Part shown: piece by piece, positions 9,957 through 18,398 of the stretch | Numbering within the stretch: position 1 is the first letter of the stretch | How the letters are laid out: each line of letters opens with the position of its first letter | Source of the DNA: Actinomycetes bacterium | GTDB lineage: Bacteria > Actinomycetota > Actinomycetes > JAWWOW01 | Assembly (NCBI GenBank): GCA_045807285.1 | Contig: JBJMHR010000029.1 | Coordinates: forward strand, 81,020-145,019 | Length of the DNA: 64,000 nt | Direction: 5' to 3' | Made by a program: the position numbers and the translations under genes | Notes under the pieces: model-generated | The model's database searches: none | Seen by the model: the letters and a program-made list of their open reading frames with translations, nothing else | Told to the model about the DNA's origin: nothing

Positions 9957-10717
9957 TACGCGCGCTCGCGCACGACGTTCGTGAGCGATCCGATGCCGGA
10001 GATCGCGACGGTCACCTCGTCGCCGACGTCGATCGGCCCGACGCCCGCCGGCGTACCCGTCATCAACACGTCACCGGGCAACAACGTCATGACCGCAGTG
10101 ATGTGCGCGATCACTTTCGGGATGTCGTGAATCAGCTGCGACGTACGCGCCGACTGCTTCACCTCACCGTTGACGGTGGTTGTCAACTCGAGATCCGACG
10201 GGTCCAGCTCGGTCTCGATCCACGGGCCGAGAGGGCAGAACGTGTCATAACCCTTCGCCCGCGACCACTGCCCGTCGGCCCGCTGCTGCTCGCGCGCCGT
10301 CACGTCGTTGCCGCACGTGTAACCCAGCACGACGTCGTACGCCCGCTCTGGCGGCACGTCCCGACACACCTTGCCGATAACGACCACGAGCTCACCCTCG
10401 AAGTCGACGCGGCCGACCGATCCCGGCCGAGCGATCGGGTCACCGGGGCCGATTACCGCACTCGACGGCTTCAGGAAGATCAGCGGCTCGGCCGGCGCCT
10501 CGCCGCCCATTTCCGCAGCGTGCTCGGCGTAGTTTTTGCCGATCGCGACGATCTTCGTCGGCAGGATCGGTGCAAGCAGCCGTACGTCGGCGAGTGCATG
10601 ACGCACACCCGTCAATGTGAATGCGCCGATCGGGTGGCCGTCTATCTGCGTGATCACATCGCCGTCGACAACGCCGTACGCCGGGTCGGCCCCGGCCGTG
10701 AACCTTGCAATCCGCAT
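9956..10717 (-). CDS. Fumarylacetoacetate hydrolase (FAH) family protein
   Basis: Start set at the internal ATG (MRIARFTAGADPAYGVV, 10715-10717). FAH-family blocks are present (IVAIGKNYAEHA, DFEGELVVVIGK, GDVLMTGTPAGVG). Same position as Rv2993c. Confidence 0.85.
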   Translation of the reverse strand: MRIARFTAGADPAYGVVDGDVITQIDGHPIGAFTLTGVRHALADVRLLAPILPTKIVAIGKNYAEHAAEMGGEAPAEPLIFLKPSSAVIGPGDPIARPGSVGRVDFEGELVVVIGKVCRDVPPERAYDVVLGYTCGNDVTAREQQRADGQWSRAKGYDTFCPLGPWIETELDPSDLELTTTVNGEVKQSARTSQLIHDIPKVIAHITAVMTLLPGDVLMTGTPAGVGPIDVGDEVTVAISGIGSLTNVVRERA

Positions 10718-10808
10718 CGGTTCCGAGCGTATCGGTAGGGTTCGCCGCGTGACCGAAGCATCTGACGTCCCCACTCCGGAGCCGGCGCCTGTCGACGAAG
10801 AAAACGCG

Positions 10809-10994
10809 ATGAAGCTCCAACATCTCGTCGAGGACTCGATCCTCAAGGCGCATCCGTACGGCGAAGAGCACTGCCGCAACTGCCTGTACTACCTCGACAT
10901 CGACAGCGATTTCTCCTATTGCTGGCACCCGAAGGTGCGCATCCTGGTGGACCAGAACTGGTGGTGCCAGTGGTGGGAGGAGCAGGACAGCTAG
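10809..10994 (+). CDS. Small HiPIP-like 4-cysteine protein, putative [4Fe-4S], no signal peptide
   Basis: MKLQHLVEDSILKAHPYGEEHCRNCLYYLDIDSDFSYCWHPKVRILVDQNWWCQWWEEQDS. The Cys pattern EEHCxNCxxY...YCxxxP...WWCxxW parallels the high-potential iron-sulfur protein signature (e.g. EEQHCANCQF...GCQLFPGK...GWCASW). An alternative GTG start lies at 10749. Confidence 0.5.
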   Translation: MKLQHLVEDSILKAHPYGEEHCRNCLYYLDIDSDFSYCWHPKVRILVDQNWWCQWWEEQDS

Positions 10995-11012
10995 CGCCGT
11001 ACCCTCGCCTCC

Positions 11013-11423
11013 GTGGCGACGTGGCGAGATGTGCAACGACTAGCCGCGGCGCTGCCGGAGACGAGCGAGCGCGTCCGTGACGACGGTCAGCACCAGTGGC
11101 GCGTCAAAGACAACATGTTCGCCTGGGAACGACCGCTAGGCCGAAGCGACCTCGACGCCCTGGGCGACGGCGCCCCGCGTGGAGCGATCCTCGCGGTCCG
11201 GGTCACCGACCTGGACGCGAAGGACGCCATCCTCGCCGAACAACCTGAGGTCTACTTCACGACGCCGCACTTCAACGGCTACGCCGCAGTGCTGGTCCGG
11301 CTCGGCAAGATCAAGATTGCCGACCTGCGCGAACTGCTCACCGACGCGTGGCTAGCCCGAGCTCCGAAGCGGCTTGTCACGGAGCACGTCGCTGACCTTC
11401 GTCCGAAGCAAGGTCACGGGTAG
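11013..11423 (+). CDS. MmcQ/YjbR-family protein
   Basis: 136 aa, GTG start. The pattern WRDVQRLAAALPETSE...WRVKDNMFAW is typical of the YjbR/MmcQ fold family. Call rests on recalled family consensus only. Confidence 0.5.
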   Translation: MATWRDVQRLAAALPETSERVRDDGQHQWRVKDNMFAWERPLGRSDLDALGDGAPRGAILAVRVTDLDAKDAILAEQPEVYFTTPHFNGYAAVLVRLGKIKIADLRELLTDAWLARAPKRLVTEHVADLRPKQGHG

Positions 11424-12016
11424 GGGCGGTAGTCGCAGCTGAACATGGCCGGCTTGTTCAGCGTGACGCTGCCGTTCTCCCACGCGTATGCGCCTGCAAG
11501 TGGTTTCCAGTTCGTGCCGTCCTTGCTTGCCTCGAACTGGAAGCCGACAGCCGAGCCGAGTCCGTACATCGTGTTCCCGTCGATCTCCGTCTCGCCATCT
11601 CCGATGAGGTCCGCGACCACCTTGTCCGGGTTCCATACAGAGTTCGACGGCCCGATGCCGTGCCGCTGGTAGACGAGGTGGTCGATCTGCCACTTGCCGG
11701 TGCTCGGGTTGTACGAGCCGGTCTCCTCGAAGTGGCGTAGCAGGTAGTTCAGCCGCACGTACTTCCACGCCGTCTGGCCGTTCTCGACCACCTTGAAGTC
11801 CCACATCGGCGAGAACCAGGCGTCCGGTCCGGTGTCGTCGTTGATGTCGGTGACGTTGACACAGCCGAATGTGTAAGACAGCGTCAAGCCGCTGATCGTG
11901 ATCGTGCCACCGCGCGTGTGATTGACCGTGGACGTGCCTGCGCGCGCCGACGAGGCGAGCAGCAACCCCCCGATGGTTGTGATGGCGACCGACGCGAGTG
12001 CGATTCTCCGCTTCAT
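11414..12016 (-). CDS. Secreted protein of unknown function
   Basis: Start set at MKRRIALASVAITTIGGLLLASSARA (signal peptide with an A-x-A site). The mature part is about 175 aa, has two Cys, and resembles no family I recognise. Its 3' end overlaps the convergent yjbR-like gene by 10 nt. Confidence 0.55.
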   Translation of the reverse strand: MKRRIALASVAITTIGGLLLASSARAGTSTVNHTRGGTITISGLTLSYTFGCVNVTDINDDTGPDAWFSPMWDFKVVENGQTAWKYVRLNYLLRHFEETGSYNPSTGKWQIDHLVYQRHGIGPSNSVWNPDKVVADLIGDGETEIDGNTMYGLGSAVGFQFEASKDGTNWKPLAGAYAWENGSVTLNKPAMFSCDYRPYP

Positions 12017-12110
12017 GACACGGACCCCCATCTCGGCAGCGAACGGTGGCTCCGTAACGAGACCACAAGAAAGCCGACATGTGCCTACTGAAAATGTCGT
12101 AGGACGAGCG

Positions 12111-13679
12111 CTACGAACGGGCCAGACCGTAGGTCACCGCGTCGACGAGGGCGTCCCACGACGCAGCGATGACGTTCTCGTTCACACCGACGGTCGACCA
12201 TTCGCGCTCGCCATCACTGGTCTCGACGAGCACCCGGGTGACGGCGCCGGTGCCGTGCGCACCCTCAAGGATCCGCACCTTGTAGTCGACGAGCTCCAGC
12301 GTGGCGAGCTCGGGGTAGAGCCGCTCGAGCGCTTGCCGCAACGCGCGGTCGAGCGCGTTGACCGGTCCATTTCCTTCGCCGGTCTCGACGATGCGCTTGT
12401 CCCGCGCGTGCAGCTTGACCGTCGCTTCACAGGCGTGGCTGCCATCGCCGCGCTGCTCGACGATTACTCGCCACGACTCGACGTCGAAAAACGTCGTCTT
12501 CTCCCCCGCGACCTCGTCGCGCAACAACAGCTCGAAGGACGCGTCTGCGGCCTCGAAGCTGTACCCGCGCGCTTCCAGATCCTTCACCCGGTCGACGACC
12601 CGACCGAGCAGCGCATTGTCGCCGGACAGGTCGAGTCCGAGCTCGCGACCCTTGAGCTCGATGCTCGCCCGCCCGGCCATCTCGCTGACCAGCGTGCGCA
12701 TGTCGTTGCCGACCGCACCGGGATCGATGTGCTGATAGAGATCGGGATCGACCCGCACCCCGGACGCGTGCAGTCCGGCCTTGTGCGCGAACGCGCTCGC
12801 GCCGACGTAGGGCTGATGCGGATCCGGGTTGATGTTCGCGACCTCCGCGACGGCGTGCGCGACGCGGCCGAGCTCACTCAGCCGGCCGTCCGGCAGCACC
12901 GAGCGGCCGAGCTTCTGCTCGAGGTTGGCGACGACGGCGAAGAGGTCGGCGTTGCCGCATCGCTCGCCGTACCCGTTCGCCGTGCCTTGCACATGTGTGA
13001 CGCCTGCGCCCACGGCAGCGAGGGTGTTGGCCACCGCACACGCCGCATCGTTGTGGCAGTGGATGCCGAGCCGGGCTCTGGTGCCGGTCAGCACGTCGTT
13101 CACGACGCCCGCGAGCTGCCCGGGCAGCATGCCGCCGTTGGTGTCGCACAGCACCACGACATCGGCACCGGACTCGGCCGCGACAGTGACGAACTCCCTT
13201 GCGTACGCCGGGTCAGCGGCGTAACCGTCGAAGAAGTGCTCGGCGTCGACGAAGACGCGCTGCCCCTCCGCACGCAGATGCGTGATCGTGTCCCGGAGCA
13301 TGTCGAGGTTCTCCTCGAGCGTCGTACGCAGAGCCCGCACCACATGGTCGACATGTGACTTCGCCACGAGGCACACGACGGGGGCACCCGACTCGCGGAG
13401 CGCAGCAACGAGCGGGTCATCCGCAGCCCGTGACCCCGGTCGCCTGGTCGCACCGAAGGCCGCGAGCTGCGCCGTCTGCAGGCTGAGCTCGGTCTGCGCA
13501 CGCCGGAAGAACTCGGTGTCCTTCGGGTTGGCACCCGGCCAACCACCCTCGATGAAACCGACGCCGAGTTCGTCGAGGTGGCGCGCGATCAGCAGCTTGT
13601 CCAGGACGGACAGCGAAAGACCCTCCCGCTGCGCGCCGTCACGCAGCGTCGTGTCGTAGACGTGGAACTGGTCGTTCAT
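12111..13679 (-). CDS. cimA: (R)-citramalate synthase (LeuA-family, CimA type)
   Basis: Start at ATG 13677-13679 ([20 protein letters not shown]), preceded by GGTGAGG. HMGL-like domain motifs are present ([20 protein letters not shown]) plus a LeuA-dimer regulatory domain. It is distinct from the bona fide leuA at 26634. An Ile-codon leader lies upstream (see findings). Confidence 0.75.
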   Translation of the reverse strand: MNDQFHVYDTTLRDGAQREGLSLSVLDKLLIARHLDELGVGFIEGGWPGANPKDTEFFRRAQTELSLQTAQLAAFGATRRPGSRAADDPLVAALRESGAPVVCLVAKSHVDHVVRALRTTLEENLDMLRDTITHLRAEGQRVFVDAEHFFDGYAADPAYAREFVTVAAESGADVVVLCDTNGGMLPGQLAGVVNDVLTGTRARLGIHCHNDAACAVANTLAAVGAGVTHVQGTANGYGERCGNADLFAVVANLEQKLGRSVLPDGRLSELGRVAHAVAEVANINPDPHQPYVGASAFAHKAGLHASGVRVDPDLYQHIDPGAVGNDMRTLVSEMAGRASIELKGRELGLDLSGDNALLGRVVDRVKDLEARGYSFEAADASFELLLRDEVAGEKTTFFDVESWRVIVEQRGDGSHACEATVKLHARDKRIVETGEGNGPVNALDRALRQALERLYPELATLELVDYKVRILEGAHGTGAVTRVLVETSDGEREWSTVGVNENVIAASWDALVDAVTYGLARS

Positions 13680-13691
13680 CCTCACCCCAAC

Positions 13692-13721
13692 AAAAAACCC
13701 CTCGTGCCAGGCACGGAGGGG
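13692..13721 (-). terminator. Intrinsic terminator/attenuator hairpin in the cimA 5' leader
   Basis: RNA strand: CCCCUCCGUGCCUGGCACGAGGGG followed by UUUUUU. Stems are 6 bp plus 4 bp with one bulged C. It ends 12 nt before the cimA start codon. Confidence 0.7.
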
Positions 13722-13751
13722 TGGGGCGCGGGCCGCAGCAGCGGAACGCGC

Positions 13752-13778
13752 CTATCCGATGATGATCTCCTTGATCAC
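13752..13778 (-). promoter_or_regulatory. Isoleucine-codon leader peptide ORF of the cimA attenuator
   Basis: GTG ATC AAG GAG ATC ATC ATC GGA TAG encodes (M)IKEIIIG. In-frame upstream starts also exist (TTG 13814, GTG 13823, ATG 13868), giving up to ...VTVVHVIKEIIIG. The stop lies 30 nt upstream of the terminator stem. Confidence 0.55.
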
Positions 13779-13866
13779 GTGTACGACGGTGACATCCAGT
13801 CCCGCCGGTGTCAACCTCGCCACCCGCTGGTAGACAATCCGGGCACCACTGCTGCGGAGGCCATCC

Positions 13867-15855
13867 ATGACGTACTTCGTGACCGGGGCTACCGGGTTCA
13901 TCGGCCGCCATCTCGTTGAGCGCCTGCTCGAGCGCGACGGGGACGTGCACGTCCTCGTACGCGAGACCTCGCGGCAGCGTCTCAACGACCTGATCGAACG
14001 CTGGGGCGCAGCGGCCCGGGTGCAGCCCGTCGTCGGTGATCTCGACAAGCCGTTGCTGGGCCTGACCGAGGCCGACGTCGCGCGGCTACGCGGGCAAGTG
14101 CGGCACTTCTTCCATCTGGCCGCGATCTACGACATGACCGCAGACGACGAGCGCAACCGGGTGCTCAACGTCGAGGGCACCCGGCATGCCGTCGATCTCG
14201 CCAACGCGCTCGACGTCGGTTGCCTACATCACGTGTCTTCCATCGCAGCTGCCGGCGAGTACAAGGGCCTGTTCCGCGAGGACATGTTCGACGAAGGGCA
14301 GAAGCTGCCGTCGCCCTACCACCGGACAAAGTTCGAGTCCGAGCGTCTGGTCCGCGACCGGGCGACGGTGCCCTGGCGGGTCTACCGTCCAGCCGTCGTG
14401 GTTGGGCATTCGCAGAGCGGCGAGATGGACAAGGTCGACGGGCCCTACTACTTCTTCAAGGCGATCCAGCGCGCCCGTCACTACCTGCCGGAGTGGTTCC
14501 CGCTCGTCGGTCCCGAGATGGGCTGGACGAACATCGTCCCGGTCGACTACGTCGCCGCTGCGATGGACCACATCGCGCACAGCGACGGCCTCGACCGACA
14601 GGCCTTCCATCTGACCGCGCCGAAATCGCAACGGTCCGGCGACGTGATCAACGCGTTCGCCCGCGCCGCGCACGCACCGCAGCTGCAGATGCGGATCGAC
14701 AAGAAGCTGACCGACGCTCTGCCCAAGGGTGTCGTGTCGATGTTGATGCAGCTGCCCGCGCTGAAGGACATCCGCAAGCAGTTTCTCGCCGACCTCGGCA
14801 TACCGGAAGAGGTCATCCGGCACATCGCACTGATCCCGCAGTTCGACACTCGCGACACCGAGCGCGCCCTCAAGGGTTCCGGCATCGAGGTACCGCCCCT
14901 CGACGACTACTCGCACCGGTTGTGGGACTACTGGGAGCGCAACCTCGACCCCGACCTGTTCAAGGACCGCTCACTCGGCGCCGCGTTGCGCGGCAAGACC
15001 GTGGTCATCACGGGCGCGTCGTCCGGTATCGGGCGTGCGGTGGCCCTGAAGGTCGCCGTGGCCGGCGGCGTGCCGCTGCTCGTCGCACGTGGCGCGGACA
15101 AGCTGGAAGAGCTGCGGCAGGAGATCGCCGACCTCGGCGGTACGGCATACGTCTATCCGACCGACCTGACCGACATGGACGCGATCGGCGCGCTCGTCGA
15201 CAAGCTGCTCGCCGACCATCCGGCGGTCGACTTTCTCGTGAATAACGCGGGACGGTCGATCCGGCGATCGGTCAAGTTGTCCTACGACCGGTTCCACGAC
15301 TTCGAGCGCACCATGCAGCTCAACTATTTCGGCGCCATCCGCCTGATCCTCGGACTGCTGCCACATATGTCGGAGAAGAAGGGCGGACACGTCGTCAACG
15401 TGTCCTCCATCGGCGTACAGACGAACCCGCCACGGTTCTCGGCCTACGTCGCGAGCAAGGCGGCGCTCGACGCGTTCACGCGCATCGTCGCGACCGAGAC
15501 GGTGGGCGACAACGTGACGTTCACGACCGTGCACATGCCGTTGGTGCGCACCCCGATGATTGCGCCGACGAAGATCTATGACTCGTTCCCGACGATCACG
15601 CCGGACGAGGCCGCCGACATGATCACCGACGCGCTGCGGACGAAGCCAAAGCATGTCGGAACCCGGCTCGGCACTTTCGGTGAAGTCGCCTACGCACTCG
15701 CACCCAAAGCGGTCGACCAGGTGCTGCACATGGCCTACAAGGTCTTCCCGGACTCCTCAGCGGCCAAGGGCGACAAGTCTGCAGCGACCGAGGACGAGAA
15801 GGCCTCCGGCGAAGCCGTCGCGTTGGCGCACCTCATGAGAGGCGTGCATTGGTGA
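13867..15855 (+). CDS. Two-domain fatty acyl-CoA/ACP reductase (N-terminal NAD-binding 'male sterility' reductase domain plus C-terminal classical SDR domain)
   Basis: 662 aa. N-terminal VTGATGFIGRHL. Second Rossmann motif ITGASSGIGRAVA, NNAG, and catalytic YVASKAAL. Same architecture and length as the alcohol-forming FARs Maqu_2507 and Rv3391 (recalled). Confidence 0.85.
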   Translation: MTYFVTGATGFIGRHLVERLLERDGDVHVLVRETSRQRLNDLIERWGAAARVQPVVGDLDKPLLGLTEADVARLRGQVRHFFHLAAIYDMTADDERNRVLNVEGTRHAVDLANALDVGCLHHVSSIAAAGEYKGLFREDMFDEGQKLPSPYHRTKFESERLVRDRATVPWRVYRPAVVVGHSQSGEMDKVDGPYYFFKAIQRARHYLPEWFPLVGPEMGWTNIVPVDYVAAAMDHIAHSDGLDRQAFHLTAPKSQRSGDVINAFARAAHAPQLQMRIDKKLTDALPKGVVSMLMQLPALKDIRKQFLADLGIPEEVIRHIALIPQFDTRDTERALKGSGIEVPPLDDYSHRLWDYWERNLDPDLFKDRSLGAALRGKTVVITGASSGIGRAVALKVAVAGGVPLLVARGADKLEELRQEIADLGGTAYVYPTDLTDMDAIGALVDKLLADHPAVDFLVNNAGRSIRRSVKLSYDRFHDFERTMQLNYFGAIRLILGLLPHMSEKKGGHVVNVSSIGVQTNPPRFSAYVASKAALDAFTRIVATETVGDNVTFTTVHMPLVRTPMIAPTKIYDSFPTITPDEAADMITDALRTKPKHVGTRLGTFGEVAYALAPKAVDQVLHMAYKVFPDSSAAKGDKSAATEDEKASGEAVALAHLMRGVHW

Positions 15856-15859
15856 TTGA

Positions 15860-16741
15860 TTGCGCGACGAAGCGGTGACCGGGCCTCGGCTGCCGACGTT
15901 CCTCATCATTGGCGCACAGAAGGCCGCGACCACGAGCCTCTGGTCAGCGATCCGTCGGCACGAGCAGGTCTACTGCCCACCGAACAAGGAGCCGCGGTTC
16001 TTCTCGCCGGGCGCACCGATGGATCGCGGCAAGGAGTGGTACGCAAGCCTGTTCGCGGCCGCCGGCGACGCAGTGGCGATCGGCGAGGCATCCACGACGT
16101 ACACCTGGTACCCGCTGCACGGACATGTCCCCGAGCGCATCCTCGCGATGCTGCCGGACGCGCGGTTCGTCTACGTGCTCCGCGACCCGGTCGAGCGGAT
16201 GCGATCGGCGTACCTGCATGCAGTCTCGCTCGGAGTCGAAACGTTCCACATCGGACGTGCCCTGCTCTGGCAGAGCCAGTACCTCTACCCGAGCATGTAC
16301 GCGATGCAGATCGAGCAATATCTCCAGTACGTCGATCGCTCGCGGCTGCTGCTCGTCAGCACCAGGGACTTTCGCAAGAACCGCGACGAGACGTTACGCC
16401 GGGTGTTCACGTTCATCGGTGTCCATCCGGAGCTGCCGCTTGCACCGGGCTCGGAGCAGGACGTGAACGTCGGATCGGACCGGCGAGCGCCGCGTGCCGG
16501 GTCATTGTGGGCAACCCGAATGATGCGCGAAGGTCCGCTGCGCCGCGTCGTACCGCCACGCTGGCAGTTCCAAGCACGACAGCATCCGTTGCTGACCAAA
16601 CCGATCCCCGAGCACGACACGAAGGTGCATCCGGAAACGCGGGCCCGGCTTCTCGACGTGCTCCGCCCCGACATCGCGCGCTTGCGCGAGCAGGCGGCCG
16701 GTGAGATCTCGGCCGCCGAGCTCGACGAGTGGGAGACCTAG
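15860..16741 (+). CDS. PAPS-dependent sulfotransferase family protein
   Basis: 293 aa. 5'-PSB loop FLIIGAQKAATTSL, KEPRFF, and 3'-PB motif VLRDPVERMRSAY. Starts (TTG 15860 or GTG 15875) 4-19 nt after the FAR stop. Confidence 0.85.
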   Translation: MRDEAVTGPRLPTFLIIGAQKAATTSLWSAIRRHEQVYCPPNKEPRFFSPGAPMDRGKEWYASLFAAAGDAVAIGEASTTYTWYPLHGHVPERILAMLPDARFVYVLRDPVERMRSAYLHAVSLGVETFHIGRALLWQSQYLYPSMYAMQIEQYLQYVDRSRLLLVSTRDFRKNRDETLRRVFTFIGVHPELPLAPGSEQDVNVGSDRRAPRAGSLWATRMMREGPLRRVVPPRWQFQARQHPLLTKPIPEHDTKVHPETRARLLDVLRPDIARLREQAAGEISAAELDEWET

Positions 16742-16769
16742 CACCGCGGAGGCAGACCTGCTGACACGA

Positions 16770-17357
16770 ATGGCAATGCAGAGCGCGCTCGACGAGTTCG
16801 TGCGCCTGGAACTGTCGCGACCGGAGCTGCGTGCTGCTGCGGTTGCGATCTGCGTTGTCATGGCCGCGGATGAGCCCGCCTTCCTGCTGACCCGACGCTC
16901 GACCAAGCTACGAGCGCACCGAGGTCAGTGGGCGCTACCCGGCGGAAGTCTCGACGCCGGCGAGACTGCAGCCGATGCCGCGCTGCGTGAGCTGCGCGAA
17001 GAAGTCGGGCTGGACCTCGATGCCTCCGCTGTGCTGGGGCTGCTCGATGACTACGCGACCCGGTCGGGCTTCGTGATCACGCCGGTGGTCGTGTGGGCAG
17101 GCGTTCTGGAGGGCGAGCTCACGCCGCACGCGCCGGAAGTTGCCGAGCTCTACGTCGTACCGCTTGCCGAGATTGACGTCGAGCCGCGGTTTCACGCGAT
17201 TCCGGAGTCCGACGCTCCGGTCATCCAGCTACCACTGTTCGGGCGGTTCGTGCACGCGCCAACGGCCGCCGTGCTCCACCAGTTCCGCGAGCTGGCCTTG
17301 CGCGGCCGTACGACGCGGGTCGCGCACTTCGAGCAGCCGGTGTTCGCGTGGCGCTGA
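16770..17357 (+). CDS. Nudix hydrolase, CoA pyrophosphatase subtype
   Basis: Start set at ATG 16770 (MAMQSALDEF). Nudix box GSLDAGETAADAALRELREEVGL, preceded by the CoA-type NuCoA motif LLTRRSTKLRAHRGQWALPGG (LLTxR[SA]x3Rx3Gx3[FL]PGG). Confidence 0.8.
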   Translation: MAMQSALDEFVRLELSRPELRAAAVAICVVMAADEPAFLLTRRSTKLRAHRGQWALPGGSLDAGETAADAALRELREEVGLDLDASAVLGLLDDYATRSGFVITPVVVWAGVLEGELTPHAPEVAELYVVPLAEIDVEPRFHAIPESDAPVIQLPLFGRFVHAPTAAVLHQFRELALRGRTTRVAHFEQPVFAWR

Positions 17358-17373
17358 ATGCGCCGTCATTCCG

Positions 17374-18300
17374 CTAGTCGCGGACGTATTCGTTCCAGCT
17401 GTTGTACTTGGCGATCTGGCCAGTGGTCGCCTTGCCGAAGATGTCAAGCAGGTGACGCGTCACGGAGCCGGGCTTGCCTTCGCCGACCCGACGGTCGTCG
17501 ACCTCGACGATCGGCACCACCTCGGCCGCCGTGCCGGTGAGGAACGCCTCGTCGGCGAGGTAGAGGTCGGAGCGCACCATCGTCGCCTCGACGACCTGGT
17601 ACCCCTCGTCCTCCGCGATCGTCATGATCGACTGCCGGGTGAGGCCGGCCAGCACACCGTCGACGAGCGGCGGTGTCACAAGCTTCTTGCCGAAGACACA
17701 GAAGACGTTCTCGCCGGAGCCTTCGGCCACGTTGCCGCCGGGCGTCAGCATGATGCACTCGTCGTAGCCCGCCTTCATAGCGGCGACCTTCGCGAGTGAC
17801 GAGTTGATGTACTGCCCGGTGGCCTTGCCTGCGGGCGGGATGGTGTTCTGGCCGATCCGTTCCCACGACGAGACATGCACGCGTACGCCGGTCTCGGCGG
17901 CGTCGTCACCGAGGTAGGCGCCCCACGGCCAGCACGCGATCGCAGCGCGCGTCTTCGACGGCAGCGGGTTGAGGCCCATCTCGCCATACCCGAGGTAGAA
18001 CAACGGCCGGATGTAGCAGGACTCGACGTCGTTGACGCGCACCGTCAACTTGGTGGCATCGACGACCTGCTCGACCGTGAACTCCGGCTCCATCATGTAG
18101 ATGTGCGCCGAGCGGAACAGCCGCTCGATGTGCTCGGTCAGCCGGAAGACCGCCGGCCCGCGATCGGTCGCGTAGGCACGGATGCCCTCGAAGACACCCC
18201 AGCCGTAGTGCAGCGTCGGTGTGAGCACGTGCACGTTGGCGTCGTCCCACGCGACCAGCTCGCCGTCCATCCAGATCTGCCGCGTGGGCGTGATGGGCAT
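17374..18300 (-). CDS. ilvE: Branched-chain amino acid aminotransferase (fold-type IV)
   Basis: 308 aa with typical IlvE blocks: IWMDGELVAWDDANVHVLTPTLHYGWGVFEGIRAY and the EGSGENVF motif. Confidence 0.9.
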   Translation of the reverse strand: MPITPTRQIWMDGELVAWDDANVHVLTPTLHYGWGVFEGIRAYATDRGPAVFRLTEHIERLFRSAHIYMMEPEFTVEQVVDATKLTVRVNDVESCYIRPLFYLGYGEMGLNPLPSKTRAAIACWPWGAYLGDDAAETGVRVHVSSWERIGQNTIPPAGKATGQYINSSLAKVAAMKAGYDECIMLTPGGNVAEGSGENVFCVFGKKLVTPPLVDGVLAGLTRQSIMTIAEDEGYQVVEATMVRSDLYLADEAFLTGTAAEVVPIVEVDDRRVGEGKPGSVTRHLLDIFGKATTGQIAKYNSWNEYVRD

Positions 18301-18398
18301 TCGTTACTCCTCGTCGAGTGTCCTCGACCGAGTATCGCAGACCGATGCCCGTGACCGAGGCCACAGAGTTGCGGCCGGGTCCGTGCCACGATGCGGCC

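Noticed and set aside
11922-13358. 478-aa plus-strand ORF
   Set aside because: It is antisense to cimA, which has unmistakable LeuA-family motifs. No motifs were recognisable in the plus-strand translation.
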